Of a DNA stretch of 64,000 bases, positions 36,495-44,198 are shown piece by piece. How positions within the stretch are numbered: position 1 is the first letter of the stretch; each line of letters starts with the position of its first letter. The translations under genes were made by a program, and so were the position numbers. This DNA is from a virus. Its lineage: Duplodnaviria > Caudoviricetes. The stretch covers positions 32,001 through 96,000 of IMG/VR virus record IMGVR_UViG_3300033120_000574; one strand, written 5' to 3'. The notes under the pieces are model-generated. The model was given only the letters and a program-made list of their open reading frames with translations, did no database searches and was not told the origin of the DNA.

Positions 36495-37312
36495 AGTTTG
36501 TATGCGCCACGCTTCATCAACGTAGCATGCTTCGCAAAAACTTTCCAAAGATCTGGAGTCATGAAGTTTTCTGCCCAACCAATCAAAGCCTCAACAGGTT
36601 CACCTTCATTAACGAACTCAAATAAATGTGCATCAAGTTCTTTGGCAGTCTTGGCACGATAACCAGTCGCAGTCTTAGCATATGTACCAAAATTAGGAAC
36701 TAGTTGAATCTTGCGATCTCCAATCGCAGCTAGGAAATCTGCGATAGACCTATCTACTACACCATCGTCTGTATAGGTTTGTCCACCAGCAAAGCATTTG
36801 CCTGGATAATGAATTGCCATAGCTGCCAGGAACGCCAGCAGGGGAAACCACTTCATACGTACACCAGAACCAAATGTGGACAAGCCTAATACAATATCAG
36901 GAAACCTTGCGTGAATGAGGTTTATAAGCTTTGTGGCTCCAGCATTGGCTCTGGTTTTACCTGCACCCGATGCAGCTCTTGTTGGGTTTGATCCAAGCTC
37001 AGGATCTAGTAGAATATTAGCACCAGTAGTTCCTACACAACGTGCCATCGCGTTTACAAAAGCTTCTTCACGTCCTAGGAATGGGTATCCCCAAATATAT
37101 GGAACCAGTCCTGCAGCCTTTGCGGCTTCAATAAGCTTGATACACGTAGTTGGACTATTGAGATAGCGAAGCCCCTCTGGGTCATCATCCCAAGGCCCAG
37201 CGATAGCTATCCAGCTAGCTCCGTTAGCTTTGAATTTCTGCATTAAAGCTTTTGGAGTGCCATGTTCTCTTTCAATGTAGCGACGTAAGTAGAGTGCAAA
37301 TCCTTGTGGCAT
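36491..37312 (-). CDS. Putative endolysin (TIM-barrel glycoside hydrolase, GH25-like)
   Basis: Start MPQGF with GGAGG SD; GASWIAI...AKAAGLVPYIWGY...LLDPE (DxE); adjacent to the spanin-like genes. Confidence 0.55.
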   Translation of the reverse strand: MPQGFALYLRRYIEREHGTPKALMQKFKANGASWIAIAGPWDDDPEGLRYLNSPTTCIKLIEAAKAAGLVPYIWGYPFLGREEAFVNAMARCVGTTGANILLDPELGSNPTRAASGAGKTRANAGATKLINLIHARFPDIVLGLSTFGSGVRMKWFPLLAFLAAMAIHYPGKCFAGGQTYTDDGVVDRSIADFLAAIGDRKIQLVPNFGTYAKTATGYRAKTAKELDAHLFEFVNEGEPVEALIGWAENFMTPDLWKVFAKHATLMKRGAYKL

Positions 37313-37320
37313 AATTCCTC

Positions 37321-37767
37321 CTATAAGGCAAGCAAGGCACCAAAAACAACAGTTGTAACTAACAGAACACCAGCAACAACCCAAGGCACTAAATCCCATT
37401 CATTGCTAGATCTGAGTTGTACGTTTTCTTGCAAAGCAACATCAAGGGCTTGTGAAAGTCTCACTCGCTCAGCATCTAAAGTCGTGTGAATATCAGTACA
37501 CGCTGTCAATGCAACCTGTAAGTGTGTTTGAGCTTCTTCAAGAAGAGATATCTGCGTTGCTTGTGCAGCAGCTGTTGTCTCAGTCAAACGCAAGTCATTG
37601 TCCATGTTGAGCAATTCTTGAAACTCAGGCAAAGTGTAACCTTGGTATGTTACGCTGTTCACGGTGAGTCTTGAACCAACAGGCAAACGATACCGAGTAT
37701 ACGTTTGTGCAAATACAACACTGGGTACCAGCCAACACAAAAGTATAAAGCTACTCCACTTTAGCAT
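37321..37767 (-). CDS. Exported coiled-coil protein with C-terminal membrane anchor (o-spanin position)
   Basis: Signal peptide ending VFA|Q, coiled coil, hydrophobic C-terminus WVVAGVLLVTTVVFGALLAL; overlaps the 3' end of the i-spanin-like gene. Confidence 0.55.
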   Translation of the reverse strand: MLKWSSFILLCWLVPSVVFAQTYTRYRLPVGSRLTVNSVTYQGYTLPEFQELLNMDNDLRLTETTAAAQATQISLLEEAQTHLQVALTACTDIHTTLDAERVRLSQALDVALQENVQLRSSNEWDLVPWVVAGVLLVTTVVFGALLAL

Positions 37768-38140
37768 CTACATCACTCCATGTATTTAGACTTTGGATTA
37801 GGTCTCGGTTTTCAGCATGTGTGTACCTTAGCTGAGAGAGCTTTCCATTTATCTCTTCCACACGAATCACAGCTTGCTCAGCAGCTAGTGCAGCCTTTTG
37901 TTGTTTGTCAGTTAGGTTAGATACTTCTCCAAGTACAGCAGCAGATCGAATCTCTGCTTGTAGCAAATCTTTCTCATGCTGGAGACGCACAATCTCGTCT
38001 GACCGCAACTTCATTCTTAGCGAGAAGACAAATAAGAGTACAACAACTAGTAACGTTACAACGCTACCAATAAGCCATTTACGCCAACCGGTTGGATTGC
38101 TCTTCTTGTAGTTTTCTATATAATCAAGTATTTTTTGCAT
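37751..38140 (-). CDS. Inner-membrane spanin-like protein
   Basis: Start MQKIL (38140); single N-terminal TM helix followed by a coiled coil. Confidence 0.6.
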   Translation of the reverse strand: MQKILDYIENYKKSNPTGWRKWLIGSVVTLLVVVLLFVFSLRMKLRSDEIVRLQHEKDLLQAEIRSAAVLGEVSNLTDKQQKAALAAEQAVIRVEEINGKLSQLRYTHAENRDLIQSLNTWSDVDAKVE

Positions 38141-38142
38141 AA

Positions 38143-38552
38143 TCAGATACTCCCGAATTTCAATGTGAGTAGGACTCCATTGCAGCAATCTGCGGCCCCG
38201 TAGCGACGCCTGACATGAATGACGACCTCGCCAATCGTGACGGTGGTCGCGCCACCAGCGGCCAAAGCAGCATCTACAGCGTCCATCTCCGCATCGGTCC
38301 ACTCCGTGTCAGCGAAAACAAGTTCTCCGATCGCACCGATACAGCGATAGAAACTAGGCGGTGAGACGATACCCACGATCACGCCGAGGCGGGACGGCAG
38401 GCAGTCCGGGAGGCGTGCGGGAGGGAACCAGTGAGGAGCGATGTTCATGCCGGGTTGTCGGGGCGGGCGCGCGAGGGTTGCTACCAGCGCGCAGATATTG
38501 CCGCGTCTACCGCATCCATAGTCGCGTCGCTCCACACAGTTTGGATAGTCAT
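38143..38552 (-). pseudogene. Three decayed alternative C-termini of the upstream fibre-tip domain
   Basis: Fragments QTVWSDATMDAVDAAISARW*, IGAIGELVFADTEWTDAEMDAVDAALAA(R)W and IGEVVI/MSGVATGPQIAAMESY/LTLKFGSI* align by eye with the active end VGAVKEVILIDAVIGGADLAALSASMIARWP*. Confidence 0.6.
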
Positions 38553-40204
38553 GGCCACCGCGCGATCATGGATGCGGATAGCGCGGCAAGGTCCGCTCCC
38601 CCTATCACTGCGTCGATCAGGATGACTTCCTTGACCGCGCCGACGAGAGGAAAGACGAGACTGCCAAGGCTGCCGATAGTCAGTGCCGCGTTGGCCGAGC
38701 CGAGGCTGCCAAGGCTCATCGCGATAGGAGCGCCGTTGATGTAGACGGTGCCTCCGGTGGGACCGAAGGCCCATGAGCACACTGCACTCACGGGGTACGC
38801 GCCGACCGCTACAGACGCGTCTGGCCCTGACAAATTGCCGCGTATACGCAGACGGTCGCCGCTGCCCGTGTTTTGTACAAGCGCGCTGGTGTGGCTGTTG
38901 AGCACACTGTATTGAAGGGCCGCTTGCGATGTTCCGCCTGCGCGAAAAGCGACGGCTCCAGACGAACGCGCGCCCATCGCGAAGGCGGGTGTGACCATCT
39001 CCTGCCCTCCAGCGAATACGACCTCTCCACCGCTCACTGTAGGCCGGAGCGCACCTGCCGCAGTGGGGTGCCGTCCGTGCCCGCTCAACTCAGTCCACGA
39101 ACTGAGCAGGCCCGGAGCAAGGGTCTTCGCGTCAAGCCATATCTCTGGAGACAGTGAGAGCACGTAGTCCGCCCACGATAGCCCGTTGCTCGTGTCGACG
39201 TCTGAGCCTGCGCCATTCGTGATCGTGACCTCGCACGTGACCTCTCCGAGCATGTCCGCGCTGACGACCGTGTACGTCGACGCGGTCGCCCCGCCGATCG
39301 CGACGCCATCCCGGTGCCACTGGTACGTCGGCGTCACGGGCTCGGTGCCCGTCCACGTCCCTGGCGTGCAAGTGAGCACGCTGCCGATCGAGTACGTGCC
39401 CGAGATGGCGGGCGACGTAGCGAAAACAGGAGGTAACAAATCAACAGCAATTAGATTGCTTTCTGCGCTGGTAGAGCCCACAAAGTTAACCAAAGTTACA
39501 AAACAAGTTATGTCAGTGCCTCCGTCAGCATCTACAGTAGTATATAAGTCCAGGGTCTCTCCTACAATGTCTACACCATCTCTACGCCACTGGAAGTTAA
39601 AAGCTATGGGCTCAGTGCCTCCCCATGTTCCAGGGTCACAAGTTAAAAGGTCTCCAGGTGTAGTGCCTCCAGTAATCGTTGGACTAATAATAAAGAAAGG
39701 AGCTATGAACTCTATAGGATCTCCACCACCTAGGACAACCAAAGACTCAAATGCGTCATTACGAGACCCACCAATCAGATCATCTTCAATAGAAATGGCA
39801 GTTAGAATGTTGCGGATATTTGATGTGGTACGTTTGTCAAAATGACTTGGAGTAGACTTTAGTATTTGGTCTATTTTAGTTTGTCTAGATCTGTAGGGAA
39901 ACACACGAGGCGGGTATGATATAAACGGCAAACCCTCTGTGTTGGTTAAAGTGACGAAACTCAGTCTGTATATAGTGCTGGGAGAATGCGTTGTTGTCTG
40001 TAGAAAAATAGTGTCCGTAGCTACAATGCTATCATCTGTAGGACGTAAAACGGACACTACCTGTACATTGTTAGCTGTAGAGTAACCGTATGACGCCGTG
40101 ATAACCCAGTTACTTGGGTTTAAGAAGTCACTGTCAATCCTAGCACGTTCGCTAAGTGTGACTTTTATTAGGTCAGTATTCAGGTACGTTACAGCTGTAA
40201 TCAT
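38549..40204 (-). CDS. Fibre or receptor-binding protein with two Ig-like repeats and a LamG/ConA-like tip
   Basis: Two P.I.G....G..LTC.PGTW.GTEP....QW.RDGV.I.G.T repeats, then LSPEIWLDA..SWTELSGHGRH..VYING..EVIL. Confidence 0.75.
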   Translation of the reverse strand: MITAVTYLNTDLIKVTLSERARIDSDFLNPSNWVITASYGYSTANNVQVVSVLRPTDDSIVATDTIFLQTTTHSPSTIYRLSFVTLTNTEGLPFISYPPRVFPYRSRQTKIDQILKSTPSHFDKRTTSNIRNILTAISIEDDLIGGSRNDAFESLVVLGGGDPIEFIAPFFIISPTITGGTTPGDLLTCDPGTWGGTEPIAFNFQWRRDGVDIVGETLDLYTTVDADGGTDITCFVTLVNFVGSTSAESNLIAVDLLPPVFATSPAISGTYSIGSVLTCTPGTWTGTEPVTPTYQWHRDGVAIGGATASTYTVVSADMLGEVTCEVTITNGAGSDVDTSNGLSWADYVLSLSPEIWLDAKTLAPGLLSSWTELSGHGRHPTAAGALRPTVSGGEVVFAGGQEMVTPAFAMGARSSGAVAFRAGGTSQAALQYSVLNSHTSALVQNTGSGDRLRIRGNLSGPDASVAVGAYPVSAVCSWAFGPTGGTVYINGAPIAMSLGSLGSANAALTIGSLGSLVFPLVGAVKEVILIDAVIGGADLAALSASMIARWP

Positions 40205-40539
40205 GGTTTTGTATCTTCTATTTCAGCATCCAGCTTACTTGATGTGTCTTTACCAAGCAAGCGCATTACAGCTTTGTAGCTCCAAGCGGAGCATATTCCC
40301 GCAACCAAGCCAAACAATATACGTGTGCCTATCTCATCCCCAATAGCACTTGGCATAGGGAAAATAGGCATAACTGCAATGATTGGAGCGATCACAGCAG
40401 GATGAAAAACAATAGTACGTTTGTACCACGTTTGTTTTAAGATGCTTGGAAATGCACGTTTTACAGAGTTTCCCATATAATACACAAACACGCCCAAGAA
40501 TAAAAACGACCACCACTGCAATACGTCTGCTGCTGTCAT
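40201..40539 (-). CDS. Putative holin
   Basis: About 112 aa, three hydrophobic segments and a charged C-terminus, between the fibre and lysis genes. Confidence 0.65.
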   Translation of the reverse strand: MTAADVLQWWSFLFLGVFVYYMGNSVKRAFPSILKQTWYKRTIVFHPAVIAPIIAVMPIFPMPSAIGDEIGTRILFGLVAGICSAWSYKAVMRLLGKDTSSKLDAEIEDTKP

Positions 40540-40546
40540 AGTCACC

Positions 40547-43500
40547 TCAAGAAAGCTTGTTGTTTGCTGTGTACGTCCAGTTACCTGCAGCCACGGCTGG
40601 CGTCAACACACCAGTATTGATTCCATTACCAAGACTGTTTCCAATTGCAATTCCGTCCAATACGTTTGCAATCAAGATGTAGATCTCACTGGTTCCTGCA
40701 TTTGCATCTGGAGAAACCTGATTTCCAGAAACCACGAATTGTCTAAGTGTTGCAGCCACATTTGTGCCTAAGTAGATACCGTCACCTTCTGCAACTGCAG
40801 GGTGTGACCAATCAACGTTGTTATCTGAGATGTTTGCTCGTTCACAGTCTAGTAAACGGATACCAACACGGTTTGTTGTCAATGCACCAGTCTTCATGCC
40901 AGCCAACGTATTTCCACGTATTGTTACGTTACGTGTAACAGCTGGAGCATTATGACCAGCAACTTCAATAGCTATGTGATTATCACCAAGTGCATATTCG
41001 CGTACTATGTTGTTAGCTACGGAAATTCCAGAGGAGTTCCCGCCAGCAGTCAAGCTAATAGCCGTCCAAACACCAACCCAATTCATGACTACCGTGTTAC
41101 CTTGAATTACTATGTCTTCATGTGCAGCAGAAGTGTTTATGCGTTGAATAGATATTCCAGTGACGCCACCAACACTAGAGGTTGTACATATGTTGTTTGC
41201 AACCGTAAGATGTCTAATCGAATCGCTGTAAGCATAGATCACATTAGGTACACGTGATCCAGTTCCAACTGTGGCGTTAGCTTGTGAACAAATATTCCCT
41301 GTAATCTTAACGTTCTCAACATTGCCAATCATCTTTATGGAAGTACCACCCAAAGTGACTGCGGCGCCAGTACCTCCACGACAAGAGAATACCGTGTTAT
41401 TGGCAACGATTAGTCCAGTATTGTTTGCACTACCGCAATTAGAAAGCAAAATTCCACAACAATCTGCATTTGGAGAAGCACTAGCAACAGTAGTTATTTT
41501 GTTTCCAGATATTGTGCAGTTTTCTAGACTGACTACATGTATTCCGGAAGTGTGAGATGTCGTAGTTGCATCACTTTGAACCACGGAGGAGATGGTGTTA
41601 TTCAATATAGAATATTGTGTTGTGTTTCCTGCAAAATCAGGGTTTAAATAGATACCTGACAGTATGTCGCCATCGGATTTCAATTCAAAAATCTTATTGT
41701 TACACACGGACAGCGTGCCAGTACTTGCGGAAAGTGGAGGAACATATACAGCTATTACGGTAGAAGAGTAAACGTTGTTTCCAAGATAACGAAACTCATT
41801 TTCATCTACCGAGATATTTGCTGTTGCAGCGGAGGGAATACACTTAACACCGTACACAGGCGACCCAGTACTACCTGTGTAGTTTATAAATGTGTTGTTA
41901 CGGATAGTAGCACTGTAAACGCCAGGAACTGAAGCGCCTTCGTAGAAGTCAATTCCAATAGCACCTTCTGTCAAACCATCGTTATTGTGAGTGTTTCCAT
42001 CTATAAGAAAGTAGCCATTCGTCATGTTAGATGACGGACTACCTAGTCTAACAAGAGAGTTACCACCACGTATGGTGTTGTTACATACCTGTATGGGTTG
42101 CGCGGAAGTACCAGTCATATCTAGAATAGTAAATACAGTGTATCCAAGCGCTGGAAATGTCGCAGTGTTTCCACTTATTTCCAATCCATTAGTGTCTCCC
42201 AATGTTACACAACGCACGATAGCCCCTGGGGCACTTGAACTTGTTCCAGAGTTTCCAGTAACAATGAACTTGTTGTTCTTAATAGTGGAGTACTGCAGCA
42301 AAGCAGTTGCAGCAAAGTCAATAACAGGCGATGTAGTCAAGGAGTCAATACCAACAGCGTTATCTACTACGTTCAAGTAAGCAACGCTTTGAGTATTGGC
42401 CGACGCGAACACACGACCGTTTATTGTATTGTTAGCAATCTGTACATCTACAAAAGGCGCACCAGCTACAGATCCAGCTATGACCACACTTGCAGTGACA
42501 CGACTGTTAACTATTCGAGAATACAATAAAGCAGTGCTTATAACCGCGCTAGATGCAGCAGTGAATGTACAGCTATCAAATACACTGTACGCAAGAATTC
42601 CATTGCTAATTGGAAGGAAGATAGCACTTGCTGCTGGAGAAAAGGTGAACACACAGTTGTATGCACGAAAAGAAGCCTGTACGTTATTGATGCGTACTCC
42701 TGTAGCCAATGAGCAGCGATCCAGAGACACTGTGATGTTAGCCGTTACATCTATAGCAGACTGGAGTCCTGCTCCTGTTTGAGAGATCGCAATGTTCTCA
42801 AAAGCAGTTGCAATGGAAAGCGTGAATGCAGCTCCTGCAGCGTTAGCATTCAAGATTGAAGTGTTTGTTGTACCTGATCCTAGAAACGTTACAGCCTTTG
42901 CAACAGTTACAGTATTCGCAAACGTGTAGGTTCCTGGCTTAACAAAAATCACACCACCAGAAGCAGGTAAAGCTGACAGAGCTGCCAAGAATGGAGCCTC
43001 TGTAGTTCCATTGAAGTCTCCAAATGTAGTAGTTCCGTTTCCTATAGTAAATGTTGCTGTACGTGCACCCTGTACTGAGCCTGCGCGGTCATACCAACGT
43101 GGGCGTGGGGGAAATGAAGCTGGTGGCGCGGTAGAGATTATTTCAGGACGTGGTGATCCAAACTTAAGTTCTCTTAGTTGCGCAGCCAAGTGGTCTACTT
43201 GGTCTTTAATGTTGTGGATACTCAAGTCATCTCTAGCACCTGGGTAGTCTTGACTAACCATGAGGGCGCTACCACGAACTTCGTTAGCCTGCCACAAGCG
43301 TTGCGCCATGTCTGGATGTCCAGGCGTAGCTAGCAATGGATTAAGTACTGGGTCACTTGGATCTTTGTTTTGTGCAGCAAAGTAAACTAGTGGGTTTGTT
43401 ACTTGAACAACTGCCCCAGCTGGATGGGCATTTGTTAATGCTACAGAGAGAGTAAGTATGTCATTGACTTTATCATGTGTTGACACAGTTCGCGCTTCAG

Positions 43501-44197
43501 GAATACCACTCCCAAAGTCAAAAGAAATGTCAAATGGAACTGGAGGCAGTATACGACCATCAAGCACACGAAAGGAAGTTGTTCCGCTGGGAACATCAGA
43601 TTCGACAATAGCAACAGGATTCACAAGCAACAATCCAGGGTTTGCTCCAACATCAATCACGTTAGCGCCATCAGTTCGAAGTACGGCAACTGGAACACGC
43701 AAAGAGTTCGGATTACTGCTCTGCTCAAAGCCAGTAGTGGATACAGGACGAACAATACGCCAATCAGACGCTACGCGAGTCGCTACGTTCTCCATGAACT
43801 CTGACCCGTTTGGAATAGGAGGAGAATTAAATTCTGTAGGATCCCAAAAGTACCTAGCATCACAGTCACCAGTGACTGTTGCCAACTCAACTTCTACATA
43901 AAAGGTAGTGTTGAGCCCCTGTAAAGTCGTAGACCTTGAGTCGTCAGGCGTATCTTCATTTGTGAATACCTGGCCTGCTCTGTTTATAGCCACGCCATTA
44001 TACACAGTAATCTGGCCAGGAAATGTTCCTTGGTCTTCTATTCTTACACGAAAGCCATCACTAATGCGTGCACGGTTATCTATCAGTTCTTTTTCAGAGA
44101 TGAAGTTAACAGACTCTTGTGTGAAAACGGATGTACCATGTACCAGGTCTGGAAGGTCTAAACGTTCACCTGTGTGTAGTTTTACGAACTTTGGCAT
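40547..44197 (-). CDS. Tail fibre or tailspike with right-handed beta-helix
   Basis: N-terminal baseplate-attachment-like region; GGVIFVKPGTY followed by many I..N repeats typical of pectate-lyase-like helices. Confidence 0.8.
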   Translation of the reverse strand: MPKFVKLHTGERLDLPDLVHGTSVFTQESVNFISEKELIDNRARISDGFRVRIEDQGTFPGQITVYNGVAINRAGQVFTNEDTPDDSRSTTLQGLNTTFYVEVELATVTGDCDARYFWDPTEFNSPPIPNGSEFMENVATRVASDWRIVRPVSTTGFEQSSNPNSLRVPVAVLRTDGANVIDVGANPGLLLVNPVAIVESDVPSGTTSFRVLDGRILPPVPFDISFDFGSGIPEARTVSTHDKVNDILTLSVALTNAHPAGAVVQVTNPLVYFAAQNKDPSDPVLNPLLATPGHPDMAQRLWQANEVRGSALMVSQDYPGARDDLSIHNIKDQVDHLAAQLRELKFGSPRPEIISTAPPASFPPRPRWYDRAGSVQGARTATFTIGNGTTTFGDFNGTTEAPFLAALSALPASGGVIFVKPGTYTFANTVTVAKAVTFLGSGTTNTSILNANAAGAAFTLSIATAFENIAISQTGAGLQSAIDVTANITVSLDRCSLATGVRINNVQASFRAYNCVFTFSPAASAIFLPISNGILAYSVFDSCTFTAASSAVISTALLYSRIVNSRVTASVVIAGSVAGAPFVDVQIANNTINGRVFASANTQSVAYLNVVDNAVGIDSLTTSPVIDFAATALLQYSTIKNNKFIVTGNSGTSSSAPGAIVRCVTLGDTNGLEISGNTATFPALGYTVFTILDMTGTSAQPIQVCNNTIRGGNSLVRLGSPSSNMTNGYFLIDGNTHNNDGLTEGAIGIDFYEGASVPGVYSATIRNNTFINYTGSTGSPVYGVKCIPSAATANISVDENEFRYLGNNVYSSTVIAVYVPPLSASTGTLSVCNNKIFELKSDGDILSGIYLNPDFAGNTTQYSILNNTISSVVQSDATTTSHTSGIHVVSLENCTISGNKITTVASASPNADCCGILLSNCGSANNTGLIVANNTVFSCRGGTGAAVTLGGTSIKMIGNVENVKITGNICSQANATVGTGSRVPNVIYAYSDSIRHLTVANNICTTSSVGGVTGISIQRINTSAAHEDIVIQGNTVVMNWVGVWTAISLTAGGNSSGISVANNIVREYALGDNHIAIEVAGHNAPAVTRNVTIRGNTLAGMKTGALTTNRVGIRLLDCERANISDNNVDWSHPAVAEGDGIYLGTNVAATLRQFVVSGNQVSPDANAGTSEIYILIANVLDGIAIGNSLGNGINTGVLTPAVAAGNWTYTANNKLS

Positions 44198-44198
44198 T

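Noticed and set aside
37751-38780. ORF-track calls 38143-38535, 38481-38780 and the extension of 37751 to 38302
   Set aside because: They arise from stop-poor high-GC remnant DNA and are better explained as decayed tip fragments plus a spanin-like gene starting at 38140
38143-39430. Diversity-generating retroelement or invertase shufflon at the fibre tip
   Set aside because: No reverse transcriptase or recombinase in the window; the remnants are not near-identical adenine-variant copies, and no inverted crossover repeats were seen
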